Source: an uncultured Acidobacteriota bacterium (lineage in GTDB: Bacteria > Acidobacteriota > Polarisedimenticolia > JACPZX01). Taken from it: a stretch of DNA of 64,000 bases. The stretch lies in assembly GCA_964400605.1 (NCBI GenBank), contig CAYNUH010000004.1:11201-75200 (forward strand), written 5' to 3'. The notes beneath the pieces were generated by a model that worked only from the letters and a program-made list of their open reading frames with translations, made no database searches and was not told where the DNA came from. Positions 54,740-64,000 of the stretch are shown here, one piece after another. How positions within the stretch are numbered: the first letter of the stretch is position 1; each line of letters begins with the position of its first letter. A program made the translations under genes and the position numbers.

Positions 54740-57519
54740 CACGCGACCCGTGTCTCTCCCAGCGCCCTCACGATGGGGACGCAGCGGGCGCACAGGACGG
54801 AGAACTCCGGATCGGCTCCCACGTCTTCCCGGATGTGCCAGCACCGGGCGCACTTCGTCCCCGGAGCCTGACGCACTTCCAAGTGAAGCTCGCCGGGCCC
54901 CTCGCCTATCTCCACCTTCGAGACGATGAAGAGAGGGGCGAGATCGGAGGCGGTGTCGCGCAGGAACGCAAGCAACTCGCCGGAGGCCGTGAGGCGGACG
55001 GCGGCCTCGAGGGATTGCCCGATCCTCTTGGCCTGGCGCTCCACTTCGATGGCGGCCGTGATCTTGTCGCGCAGCGCCAGCAGGCGGCTCCACCGGGCGC
55101 GGAAAGCCTCGTCCACGGGAAGCGGAAGGGGCTCGGGAAAAAGCCCCAGGTGCACGGACTCGGGACGGGATGCACGCCCTGGCAGCTCCTTCCACACCTC
55201 CTCCGCCGTGAAGGGAAGGATGGGCGCCATCAGGAGGCACACGGCCTCGGCCGTGCTGTAGAGCACCGTCTGCGCCGCCCGGCGCTCGGGCGAGGAGGCC
55301 CCCGAGACATAGAGGCGATCCTTGGCGGCGTCCAGGTAGAGGCTGGACATGGTGACGGCGCAGAAGTTGTGGAGGGCGTGATGGGCGACGTGGAACTCGA
55401 ATCCCTCGTACCCGCCGCGCATCCTCGCGATGAGCGCGTTGAGCTCGTCAAGAGCCCAGAGATCGATTGGCGGAAGCCGATCCGCCGGGACGGCGTCCTT
55501 CGCGGGGTCGAAGTCGTGGAGGTTGCCGAGGAAGTAGCGAAACGTGTTCCGGATCTTCCGGTAAGCCTCGGCGTTGCGCGCCAGGATCTCGTCCGAGAGG
55601 CGCATGTCATCGACGTAATTGACCATCGACACCCACAACCTCAGCACTTCGGCTCCCATCCTGCCGATGACGTCCTGCGGGGAGATGACGTTGCCCTGGG
55701 ATTTGGACATCTTGCGTCCCTCGCCGTCCAGCGTGAAGCCGTGGCAGACAACCTCGGAGTAGGGAGGCGCCTTCCTGTTGGCCACGGCCACGAGGAGACT
55801 GGAGTGGAACCAGCCCCGGTACTGGTCGGTCCCCTCCACGTAGATGGCCGCGGGCCAGGGGAGGTCGTCGCGCCGGCCCAGGACGGCGGCGTGGGAGACG
55901 CCCGACTCGAACCAGACGTCTATGATGTCGTGCTCTTTCTCCAGGTGGCGGCTTCCGCACGCCGGGCAGGCGTGCCCCGCAGGGAGAAAGTCCGAGACGG
56001 GCCGGGCCCACCAGGCGTCCGAACCTTCCTCCTGGAAGATGCGGGCGACCCGCTCGAGAACACCTTCGTCGAGGTGGCTCGCGCCGCATGCCGTGCAGTG
56101 CAGGGCGGGGATGGGCACGCCCCAGGATCGCTGGCGCGAGATGCACCAGTCGGGGCGCTTCTCGATCATTTGCACCATTCGCTCTTCGCCGTAGGCGGGG
56201 ATCCAGCGCACCGCGTGCACCGCCTCCACGCCCCGGCGCCGGAGATCGCCCTTGTCCATGGAGATGAACCACTGCAGGGTGGCGCGGAAGATCACGGGGC
56301 TCTTGCACCTCCAGCAATGGGGGTACTGGTGGCGCACAGACGCCTGCGCCAGCAGCCGATCGAGGCGGCGGAGCCGCTCGACGATGGGCGCGTTCGCGTC
56401 CCAGACGGTCATCCCCTGGAACTCGGGCACCTCGGCCGTGAAGCGGCCCGCCTCGTCCACGGGCGTGTACGCCGGGAGGCCGTAGCGGGCGCCCACCGCG
56501 AAATCCTCGTGGCCGTGCCCGGGTGCGGTGTGGACGCATCCCGTGCCGGTGTCGAGGGTGACGTGGTCCGAAAGGACGAGGGGGGATTCCCTCTCGATGA
56601 ACGGATGGGAGGTCCTGAGCCCCTCGAGCGTCTCGGCCCGCACCACGTCGAGGACCTCGGCACCGCCGAGGGAGGCCGCGGCCTTGAAGGCGGCGATCAG
56701 CGGCTCCGCCACGACGAACACCTCGCCGGAGGCGCGCAGCAGCGCGTAGCGCGCGCCGGGCTTCAGCGAAATCGCGAGGTTCGCGGGCAGCGTCCAGGGA
56801 GTGGTTGTCCAGATGGGCACGGAGGCCCTGGCGCCGGCCAGATCGGGCCGAACGCGCCCCAGGTCCACCGGGAACCGCACCGTGATGGAAGGGCTCTCGG
56901 TTTCCTCGTACTCCACCTCGGCCTCAGCCAGCGCCGTGCGGCAGGAGGTGCACCAGTGGACCGGCTTCTTGCCCTTGTACACCAGCCCTTGCCGGTGGAA
57001 GCCGGCCAGCTCTCTGACGATCGTGCCTTCGTAGGACGGATCGATGGTGAGATAGGGTCGGCTCCACTCCCCGAAGATGAGGAGCCTGCGGAAGTCGTCC
57101 CGCTGGAGGTCGATGTACTTTTCGGCGTACTCGCGGCAGGCCTTTCGGATGTCGAGCGGCCCCATCGTTTTCTTCTTCGCTCCGAGGTCGCGGTCCACCT
57201 GGAGCTCGATGGGCAGCCCGTGGCAATCCCATCCGGGGACATAGGGCGAGTCGAAGCCCATCATCGTGCGCGACCTGATGACCAGGTCCTTCAGGATCTT
57301 GTTGAGGGCCTGCCCCAGGTGGATGCGCCCGTTGGCGTAGGGGGGGCCGTCGTGCAGCACGTAGGAGGGCGCCCCACGGCGCGCCTGCCGGATCTTCCCG
57401 TACAGTCCGATCCGCTCCCACCACTCGATCAGGGCGGGCTCCCGCCGCGGCAGATCGGCTTTCATGCTGAAGGGCGTGCGCGGCAGGTTGACGGTGGACT
57501 TCAGATCGGGTGGGGCCAA
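54739..57519 (-). CDS. ileS: Isoleucine--tRNA ligase (type 1)
   Basis: [41 protein letters not shown]-terminal CARCW...CARC. Start probably TTG 57519. Confidence 0.96.
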   Translation of the reverse strand: MAPPDLKSTVNLPRTPFSMKADLPRREPALIEWWERIGLYGKIRQARRGAPSYVLHDGPPYANGRIHLGQALNKILKDLVIRSRTMMGFDSPYVPGWDCHGLPIELQVDRDLGAKKKTMGPLDIRKACREYAEKYIDLQRDDFRRLLIFGEWSRPYLTIDPSYEGTIVRELAGFHRQGLVYKGKKPVHWCTSCRTALAEAEVEYEETESPSITVRFPVDLGRVRPDLAGARASVPIWTTTPWTLPANLAISLKPGARYALLRASGEVFVVAEPLIAAFKAAASLGGAEVLDVVRAETLEGLRTSHPFIERESPLVLSDHVTLDTGTGCVHTAPGHGHEDFAVGARYGLPAYTPVDEAGRFTAEVPEFQGMTVWDANAPIVERLRRLDRLLAQASVRHQYPHCWRCKSPVIFRATLQWFISMDKGDLRRRGVEAVHAVRWIPAYGEERMVQMIEKRPDWCISRQRSWGVPIPALHCTACGASHLDEGVLERVARIFQEEGSDAWWARPVSDFLPAGHACPACGSRHLEKEHDIIDVWFESGVSHAAVLGRRDDLPWPAAIYVEGTDQYRGWFHSSLLVAVANRKAPPYSEVVCHGFTLDGEGRKMSKSQGNVISPQDVIGRMGAEVLRLWVSMVNYVDDMRLSDEILARNAEAYRKIRNTFRYFLGNLHDFDPAKDAVPADRLPPIDLWALDELNALIARMRGGYEGFEFHVAHHALHNFCAVTMSSLYLDAAKDRLYVSGASSPERRAAQTVLYSTAEAVCLLMAPILPFTAEEVWKELPGRASRPESVHLGLFPEPLPLPVDEAFRARWSRLLALRDKITAAIEVERQAKRIGQSLEAAVRLTASGELLAFLRDTASDLAPLFIVSKVEIGEGPGELHLEVRQAPGTKCARCWHIREDVGADPEFSVLCARCVPIVRALGETRVA

Positions 57520-57567
57520 AGGGATTGTGCTCCCGATGATGAAGAGTACCGGCATCGGAGGTGCCTC

Positions 57568-57596
57568 ACGTTAGCCCCGCGTGCCGGGGGTGTCAA
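57568..57596 (-). promoter_or_regulatory. ileS promoter
   Basis: TTGACA-N17-TAACGT on the minus strand. Confidence 0.7.
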
Positions 57597-57679
57597 GAAT
57601 CCAGCGCAGGGCCGGCTTCCTTGGATCGCAAAAAAAAAGGGTGGTAGACTCAGTGTTTCTTGCGCATCCGGAGCCGATC

Positions 57680-58861
57680 TTGAGACGCGTCTACCTGGAC
57701 CATAACGCCTCCTCGCCGATGTCCGCGCGCGTGCGCGAGTGCCTCGCCGCGGCGCTTCAGCGGTACCCCGGCAATGCCTCGAGCCCCCACGCCGAAGGTC
57801 AGTCCGCCCGTCACGCCCTCGAAGAGGCGCGGGAGGCGGTGGCCGAGTTCGCGGGGGTGCGGGCTTCCGAGGTCGTCTTCACAAGCGGCGGCAGCGAATC
57901 CAACAACACCGCCCTGAGGGGCGTGGTGGGGGCCGCCCGAGGGGGCGCCGCCGCCCGCATCGTCACGTCCTCGGTGGAGCATCCCTCCGTCCTCGAGACG
58001 TGCCGTGCTCTGGAGCGCGAGGGCGTGGAGGTCACCTGCCTGCGCGCCGACGCACGCGGCATGGTGGATCCGGCGGAGTCGGAGGAGATCCTGTCGAGGC
58101 AGGAAGCCACACTCGTGTCGGTGATGCACGCCAACAACGAGACCGGCGTGATCCAGCCGGTGGAGGAGCTGGCCCGCCTGGCGCGCGAGGCCGGGGTTCC
58201 CTTCCACACGGACATGGCTCAATCGGCGGGCCGGATCCCCATCCGGGCGTCGGTGTCGGCGTCGTCACTTGTCACGCTGGCGTCGCACAAGGTGGGGGGG
58301 CCGCCCGGGATCGGGGCCCTGATCGTCAAGGAGGGGACGCCGTTCGCGCCGCTCATCGCCGGTGGGGCGCAGGAAGGACGGAGGCGGGCCGGCACCGAAC
58401 CCGTCGCACTGGCGGTGGCTTTCGCCGAGGCCCTGCGCACCGTCGCGGAGGAAGCCGAATCCGAAGCGAAGCGTCTCGGGGCGCTGAGGGATTTCGTCGA
58501 GGAGGCGCTGTCCGCCATCGATCCACGCTGCCGGATCCACGGCCGCGGCGCGCCGCGTCTGCCCAACACCACCAACGTTTTCTTCCCCGGGGCGCCGGGC
58601 AGGACGCTCGTGGTGCAACTTGACTTGCTCGGTTGCGCCGTCTCCACCGGCTCCGCGTGCAGCACCGGCTCAGCGAGGGCCTCGCACGTGCTGGCGGCGA
58701 TGGGGTGCTCGGAGCCCGAGACCTTGGATTCGTTGAGGATCAGCCTGGGCGACGGGACGACCCGCGAGGAGGTCGCCTTCTTCCTCGGGGCCCTTTCAGA
58801 GGCCGTCGCGCGCGCGGCCGGCACGCCCGCAGGCCATGCCATCCACGGGAGACACAGATGA
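57680..58861 (+). CDS. Cysteine desulfurase (IscS/NifS group I)
   Basis: YLDHNA, GNASS, SGGSESNN, EHPSV, ANNETG, SHK, STGSACS. Confidence 0.92.
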   Translation: MRRVYLDHNASSPMSARVRECLAAALQRYPGNASSPHAEGQSARHALEEAREAVAEFAGVRASEVVFTSGGSESNNTALRGVVGAARGGAAARIVTSSVEHPSVLETCRALEREGVEVTCLRADARGMVDPAESEEILSRQEATLVSVMHANNETGVIQPVEELARLAREAGVPFHTDMAQSAGRIPIRASVSASSLVTLASHKVGGPPGIGALIVKEGTPFAPLIAGGAQEGRRRAGTEPVALAVAFAEALRTVAEEAESEAKRLGALRDFVEEALSAIDPRCRIHGRGAPRLPNTTNVFFPGAPGRTLVVQLDLLGCAVSTGSACSTGSARASHVLAAMGCSEPETLDSLRISLGDGTTREEVAFFLGALSEAVARAAGTPAGHAIHGRHR

Positions 58862-59415
58862 AGGTAACCTGCTCCTCCTGCAGCAAGCCCTTCGCTTTCG
58901 CTGAGGGTCGCTTCGGGAATCGCGGCCAGGTGAAGGTCCGCTGCCCGGCCTGCAAGGCGGTGGTGACGCTGGACCGGCCCGCAGCCGGCGCCGTCAAGGA
59001 AACGGCGAAGCCGGCCGCGGCCCCGGGAGGCTCGCCCACCCAGAAGCTCAAGCGCGACGAGGTCGTGGCCGCCGCGGAAGGCGGAGAAGCCCTCCTTCCC
59101 ATGCCCGTCGACAAGCGGATCTCGCTCGCGGTGCTGGGGGGAAAGGGATCGGGTGAGGTGATCCCGTGTGGGAAGTCCCGCATCATCATCGGCCGCGCCG
59201 GCGCCGATGTCTCGGTGGACGACGACGAGGTATCGCGCCGGCATGCGGTCCTGGAGATCCGTGACGATAGGTTCTTCCTCAAGGATCTGGGAAGCACGAA
59301 CGGCACCTTCGTGGACGAGAGGAAGATCACGGAGGCCGAGATATTCGACAAGGGCGAGTTCCGCGTGGGGACGACGCAGCTCATGCTCATCGTGACTCTC
59401 AAGGACGACGTCTAG
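58858..59415 (+). CDS. Zinc-ribbon + FHA domain protein
   Basis: CSSC..CPAC; IGR, VSRRHA, DLGSTNGT. Confidence 0.88.
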   Translation: MKVTCSSCSKPFAFAEGRFGNRGQVKVRCPACKAVVTLDRPAAGAVKETAKPAAAPGGSPTQKLKRDEVVAAAEGGEALLPMPVDKRISLAVLGGKGSGEVIPCGKSRIIIGRAGADVSVDDDEVSRRHAVLEIRDDRFFLKDLGSTNGTFVDERKITEAEIFDKGEFRVGTTQLMLIVTLKDDV

Positions 59416-59421
59416 GCTGGA

Positions 59422-60561
59422 TTGGAGAAGAAGGACGTGCGTATCCTCGCGGCGATGAGCGGCGGTGTGGACTCGTCGGTCGCCGCGGCGCTGCTGGCGG
59501 CCGAGGGGCACGAGGTGATCGGGGTCTCCCTGCAGCTCGTGGACGAGAGCCGCGGAGGGGAAGTCTCCCGGTGCTGCTCGCAAGCCGACATCCGGGACGC
59601 CCGCAGAGTCGCAGGAGCTCTCGGCATCCCGCACTACGTGATCAACGAGGAAGCCTCCTTCGACCGCGAGGTTGTGGATCCCTTTCTTCAGGGCTACCGA
59701 GACGGGCGGACGCCGAACCCCTGTGTGCGCTGCAACAGCACGCTCAAGTTCGGAAGTCTTTCGGCGATCGCTCGGGCGGTCGGCGCGGATCGGATCGCCA
59801 CGGGCCATTACGCGCGAGTGCGCCCCGACGAGACCACGGGGAGACGGAGCCTCCTGCGCGGGAGGGATCGGTCCAAGGACCAGTCCTACTTTCTCTTCAA
59901 CCTCGACGACGCTCAGCTCGCGGCGGCCCTGTTCCCCCTGGGGGACCTCACCAAGGCCGAGGTGTACGCGCTCGCCGAGCGCTTCCGCCTGCCCGTGGCG
60001 GGCAAGCCCGAGAGCCAGGATCTCTGTTTCGTCCCCGGTGGCGACGTGCGCGCCTACCTGCGCCGCAGGCTGGGAGAGAGGCGGCCGGGGGATATCGTCG
60101 ATGTGCGCGGGCGCGTCCTGGGGCGGCACGATGGCGTGCACGAGTTCACCATCGGACAGAGACGCGGTCTGGGTGTGAGCGCGCCGCGGCCCCTTTACGT
60201 GTTGGCCCTGGAGCCGGTGTCGAACCGAGTGGTGGTCGGCGAGGAGGACGACCAGTACAGCGCCGAGCTGACCGCTACGGGGTGCCGGCTCCGCGAGCCG
60301 GGGCTGCGGGGGGTGACCTTCAGGGCCGAGGTGCGGATCCGTTCCCGGCACGATCCGGCGCCGGCCACGATCGCGTCCCTGGCCGGCGAGCGCCTCCACA
60401 TCCGGTTCGATGCCGCCCAGCGGGCCGTGACGCCCGGCCAGGCTGTGGTCCTTTACGGCGGGGACGTCGTGCTGGGCGGCGGCTGGATAGAGGCGGCCGG
60501 GCTTGCTTCGCAGAGGGAGCCTCCTGTAGGATGCACCGAGGTCGACGCGGAGCGGGCATAA
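59422..60561 (+). CDS. mnmA: tRNA 2-thiouridine(34) synthase
   Basis: AMSGGVDSS, TPNPCVRCN, ATGHYAR, KDQSYFL, ESQDLCF, TIGQRRG, TPGQ. Confidence 0.95.
   Translation: MEKKDVRILAAMSGGVDSSVAAALLAAEGHEVIGVSLQLVDESRGGEVSRCCSQADIRDARRVAGALGIPHYVINEEASFDREVVDPFLQGYRDGRTPNPCVRCNSTLKFGSLSAIARAVGADRIATGHYARVRPDETTGRRSLLRGRDRSKDQSYFLFNLDDAQLAAALFPLGDLTKAEVYALAERFRLPVAGKPESQDLCFVPGGDVRAYLRRRLGERRPGDIVDVRGRVLGRHDGVHEFTIGQRRGLGVSAPRPLYVLALEPVSNRVVVGEEDDQYSAELTATGCRLREPGLRGVTFRAEVRIRSRHDPAPATIASLAGERLHIRFDAAQRAVTPGQAVVLYGGDVVLGGGWIEAAGLASQREPPVGCTEVDAERA
60503..60532 (+). promoter_or_regulatory. Candidate tRNA-Gly promoter inside the mnmA 3' tail
   Basis: TTGCTT-N18-TAGGAT ending 19 nt before the tRNA. 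Confidence 0.45.
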
Positions 60562-60627
60562 CTCAGCTGGTAGAGTGTCAGCTTCCCAAGCTGAAAGTCG
60601 CGGGTTCAAATCCCGTTGCCCGCTCCA
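60552..60627 (+). tRNA. tRNA-Gly(CCC)
   Basis: GCGGGCATAACTCAG...GGTTCAAATCCC...CCCGCTCCA; anticodon stem TCAGC/GCTGA, loop TTCCCAA. Confidence 0.96.
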
Positions 60628-60655
60628 GCCCCGTCACCCACCCCGCCCCGCCGCC

Positions 60656-63600
60656 ATGAAGGGCCGCCGCCTCCGACAGCACTCCGGGACAGCCCTCTCC
60701 GATCGCTACCAGATCCTCGGCCTCGCCGGACGCGGCGCCTTCTCGGAGGTGTTCCACGTCCGGGACCGACTCCTGGGCCGTGACCTCGCGCTGAAGCGTT
60801 TCCGCCTCGCCGCCGCCGAGCCCGTGGAGAGGATGCTGGCGGACGAGTTCGTCCTCCTCTCACAGCTCGATCACCCCCACCTTCCCAGGGTCTTCGACTT
60901 CGCGGTGGACGGCGAGGGGCGTCCCTTCTTCACAATGGACTACCTCGCGGGCCCCTCCCTGCAGCAGATCCCAGCCCTGTGGAAGCGGACGCCGCGAAGC
61001 CAGGGCCGCAGGAATTCGCCGCTCCTGTCCTTCGTGGCGAGCGCGGCCGGGAGGGTTCTTTCCGCGCTCTCTTTCATCCACGCGCGCGGCATCACCCACG
61101 GCGACGTCAAGCCGTCGAACGTTCTCTTCGCCCGCGGCCGTGGTGCCCTGCCTCCGGATTCTCAACTGAAGCTGGTGGACTTCGGGCTCGGCGGTGCGCT
61201 GTCGCGCCTCTCGGGACACTCCGCGCGCGGGACGCCTCGGTACATGGCCCCGGAAATAGCGCGCGGCGGCGCGTCCGACCCGGTCTCGGACCTCTTCAGC
61301 CTCGGAAGGGTCCTGGAGGAGCTCCTGGCCGCGGTGAGGCGGAGGGGGGAGGCGTCTGGCGGCCTTGCGGAGGGGCTCGCCGCGATCGCGCGCCGCCTCG
61401 TCGCGCCATCGCGCGGGCTGCGGTACAGAAACGCCGACGAGGCCTTCGGCGATCTGTTGGGACTGCTCGCTGCGAAGGGGGCGCGATCGGCGTCCGGTCT
61501 GCGCCGGATTTTCGTGTTCTCGGGGCGGCCGAGCTCCTGGGATAGGTCCGCTGCGGCGATCGAGAGGCGGCTCGAGGCGGCGCGGTCCGGGAGAGGGGGC
61601 GTCGTGGTGGCCGCCGGCCTCGGGGGCCGGGCCGCCGAGCGCGTTGTGGCCGAGCTTCGGGCCAAGGCTATGGCGACTGGGATGGGCGCGATCCGAGTGC
61701 CGCTTGCCGTCGGCTCCGGAGCGGACCCGATAGGCTCCGCTCTGGCCGCCGCCGCAACGGTGGTCCTGGCCGCGGCCGGGCGATCCATCCGGGATGGGCG
61801 CGGGCGCTCCATGCCTGCGCCCGCGCCCCACGCGGCCCTGGCCTCCCGCCTCGTGGAGGCATCGGGAGTGGTCGGATCGGCCGGAGCCGTCTGGCTTCTG
61901 GAGGGCGCAGAGAGGCTCAGGGACGCTGAGCTCCTCCCGCTGGGGCACCTCGCGCTCGCACTGCGCCGCTCCCGGGTCCTCGTGGCGGCGTTGGGGGCGC
62001 CGGCCATCGAGGCGGCCGCCCTGCCGGGCGTGGAGCCCGACGAGATCGTCGCGTTTCCGGGGCTCGGCCTCGCGGACGTGGAGGAGACCCTCGGCGCATC
62101 GTTCGGTGAGGTGGAGCCGCGCGGCAGTCTCTCGCGCCTGCTCCACGAGAGGACGTCCGGGGACATCGAGGCGCTGGGGCTGATCGTCGAGCGCCTCGTG
62201 CGCTCCGGCGCCCTCGAACGGGGCCGTGCGGGTTGGGTGGCGGACCTCAAGGCGGTTCGGCGGGAGGCGGCCAGGGCCGCGGAACCCGCCTCCTACCTTC
62301 CCGCCCTTCCGGCCGCCCTGAAGACGCACGCCCGGGTGCTGGCTGTCCTGGGTCCGGCCTTCGACGAAGGACTCGCCGTCGTCGCAACCGGTCTCCCCGC
62401 CAAAGTCATCCCCAAGGTGCTCGCCAGGCTGAGGGCGTCGGGATACCTGCGTGCGGTCGCGGTCGAAGGGGAACCACCACGCTGGGTCTTCGCTTCTCCG
62501 GCCCTCGGGGAAGGTCTCTCATCAGCGCTGCGCCCGGCGGCGCGGCGCTCGGTGCACCGCAGGGTGCTTCGCTTCTTCGCTCGAGCGGACGGCGCTCACC
62601 AGTCCGCATTGCGGGCCTGGCACCTCGCCCGCTCCGGAGACGCCGAGGCGGCCGCCCGAGCGTACCTGGAGGCGGGCCGGGAGTGCTTCGCGCGCCACGA
62701 TCTGCAAGGCGCCTGCACTCAACTCGATCAGGCGCTGACGTTGTCGCCGCCATCCGCTCGGCGTCTTGGTGCCGAGGTTCGGTTTCACCTGGGCCTGGCG
62801 TTGCAGGCGGCCGGCCATGCCGAGGAGAGCCGATCGCACCTCGAAGTCCTGGAGGGAGATCCAGAGTTTCTCCCGGGAAATGTGCTCCTGGCGGATCTCC
62901 ATCTGGCCCAGGCGCGCAACCTCGAGGTGCTGGGACGGCATCAGGAGGCCATGACGCTCCTCGCCGCGGCGATCGAGATCGCGCCGTCGGCGGACCACCG
63001 GCGGCGGGCGCAGATCCTGAGGGCCTCGGGCTGGGTGGCCTGCCTGCGCGGGGAACGGGAACGATCCGAGGCGTTGCAGCGCGAGGCGCAGCAGGAGGCG
63101 GTCGCGTCCTGCGACCCCTCGGCCATCGCCTCCGCGCACGCGCTTCGCGGCCACCTCCTGCGCCTCGCGGGGCGCCGCGCGGAGGCCGAGGCGGCGTTCG
63201 GCGCCGCCGTGGAGACGTACCGCGCGGCCGGAGAGACGGTCAAGGCCGTCTCCGAGCTCAACAACATCGGCATCGTCTGGATCCGGAAGAACTCCGAGCG
63301 CGCGCGGGAGATCTTCCTGGACGCGCAGAAAGAGGCCTCTCGCATGGGCGCCGACGACGTCCTCACGACCGTGATGACCAACCTCGGCATGGTCGAGAGG
63401 GCCCTCGGGAACTGGGAAGCGGCCGAGAGGGCCTTGCGCATGAGTCTGGACATCGGGGAGCGAATAGCGGGTCGCTCGGTGCACCGGGGCTACATGAGCC
63501 TCGGCAACCTCCTCACCGATCGGGGCGCCTTCGAGGAGGCTCGGGCGTGCTTCGATCGCGCCGCCCTGCACCTCGGAGGGCTGCGGGGATCCCCCTCGGC

Positions 63601-64000
63601 CTCGTTCATCGAACTGAACCGGGCCCGGCTGGCTCTCCGGCAGGAGCTCCCTGAGATGGCCCTGGCGATCCTCGAGGCGGCCGCCCCTTCGGTCACGCCT
63701 GCCCATCCGTCCACCTGGATGAACCTTCATTTCTACAGGGCCGAGGCGCTCGCGGCGCTGGGACGGATCGACGAAGCGATCGAGGCGGCGCGGGCCGCGT
63801 CCGAGGCCGCGGCGGAACAGGACGACGAGACGTTCAAGGGCGAGGCCCTCCTGTATGCGGGCGCGGTGGACAGGGCGGCGGGCCGGCAGGAGTCGGCCCT
63901 GCAGCGTCTGGATCGCGCGGAGGCGATCTTCGGCGAGGGCCACCAGGTGTTCTACGCCGCGCGGGCCCGCCTGGAGCGCGCCGAGGTGCTGGCCCTCGAC
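60656..64000 (+). CDS. Ser/Thr protein kinase + degenerate ATPase-like region + TPR, 3'-truncated
   Basis: GRGAFSEV, LALK, HGDVKPSN, DFG, APE; later TPR-like LNNIG..W, TNLG.V, MSLGNL. No stop seen in the segments read by hand; not in the ORF track, presumably because it runs off the window. Confidence 0.88.
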   Translation, partial: MKGRRLRQHSGTALSDRYQILGLAGRGAFSEVFHVRDRLLGRDLALKRFRLAAAEPVERMLADEFVLLSQLDHPHLPRVFDFAVDGEGRPFFTMDYLAGPSLQQIPALWKRTPRSQGRRNSPLLSFVASAAGRVLSALSFIHARGITHGDVKPSNVLFARGRGALPPDSQLKLVDFGLGGALSRLSGHSARGTPRYMAPEIARGGASDPVSDLFSLGRVLEELLAAVRRRGEASGGLAEGLAAIARRLVAPSRGLRYRNADEAFGDLLGLLAAKGARSASGLRRIFVFSGRPSSWDRSAAAIERRLEAARSGRGGVVVAAGLGGRAAERVVAELRAKAMATGMGAIRVPLAVGSGADPIGSALAAAATVVLAAAGRSIRDGRGRSMPAPAPHAALASRLVEASGVVGSAGAVWLLEGAERLRDAELLPLGHLALALRRSRVLVAALGAPAIEAAALPGVEPDEIVAFPGLGLADVEETLGASFGEVEPRGSLSRLLHERTSGDIEALGLIVERLVRSGALERGRAGWVADLKAVRREAARAAEPASYLPALPAALKTHARVLAVLGPAFDEGLAVVATGLPAKVIPKVLARLRASGYLRAVAVEGEPPRWVFASPALGEGLSSALRPAARRSVHRRVLRFFARADGAHQSALRAWHLARSGDAEAAARAYLEAGRECFARHDLQGACTQLDQALTLSPPSARRLGAEVRFHLGLALQAAGHAEESRSHLEVLEGDPEFLPGNVLLADLHLAQARNLEVLGRHQEAMTLLAAAIEIAPSADHRRRAQILRASGWVACLRGERERSEALQREAQQEAVASCDPSAIASAHALRGHLLRLAGRRAEAEAAFGAAVETYRAAGETVKAVSELNNIGIVWIRKNSERAREIFLDAQKEASRMGADDVLTTVMTNLGMVERALGNWEAAERALRMSLDIGERIAGRSVHRGYMSLGNLLTDRGAFEEARACFDRAALHLGGLRGSPSASFIELNRARLALRQELPEMALAILEAAAPSVTPAHPSTWMNLHFYRAEALAALGRIDEAIEAARAASEAAAEQDDETFKGEALLYAGAVDRAAGRQESALQRLDRAEAIFGEGHQVFYAARARLERAEVLALD

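Noticed and set aside
57520-57680. T-box leader for ileS
   Set aside because: The promoter is only about 40 nt from the likely start, and no T-box or specifier loop is visible.
37723-57705. Long antisense ORFs (e.g. 37723-40323, 54835-57705; also 13729-15585 and 33729-35480)
   Set aside because: They mirror well-supported genes on the opposite strand, as expected from codon bias at high GC, and show no family motifs.

Overview
High-GC (roughly 70% by eye) diderm bacterial chromosome segment; the gene repertoire suggests an Acidobacteriota-like host, which is inference. In order: (1) 1-3065, the end of an integrative element whose tyrosine integrase stops 9 nt before the 5' end of tRNA-Lys(UUU). 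(2) truA, an epimerase, tRNA-Glu, a BNR-TlpA fusion, an SGNH hydrolase, a TPR protein, an aminotransferase and two outer-membrane barrels. (3) 13.65-33.64 kb, a Wza/Wzc-type surface polysaccharide cluster preceded by an ops/JUMPStart-like element and encoding a probable N-formyl amino-sugar pathway. (4) 33.7-38.5 kb, secreted beta-helix, cohesin-like and dockerin-like proteins; the beta-helix and dockerin proteins are rich in a D-P-N tripeptide. (5) 38.6-49.3 kb, the main finding: an apparent RiPP-like system. It has two 43-aa peptides not called as such in the ORF track (40290-40421 and 42502-42633) with YxxP leaders and an identical 18-residue C-terminus, LEEIGPAQAYTGNFPFGF (9 synonymous, 0 non-synonymous differences). 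Each follows a paralogous secreted protein. The cassette also encodes a PqqD/RRE protein, an HPr-kinase-like enzyme, a C25 gingipain/PorU-like protease and an S26 peptidase-nucleotidyltransferase fusion, but no lasso cyclase or radical SAM enzyme. (6) Housekeeping genes: DUF2520, RluA-family synthase, a candidate structured RNA, MBOAT, lgt, lspA, ileS, cysteine desulfurase, Zn-ribbon-FHA, mnmA overlapping tRNA-Gly(CCC), and a truncated Ser/Thr kinase-TPR protein. All calls come from reading the sequence by eye; no database searches were run, and several start codons are uncertain.
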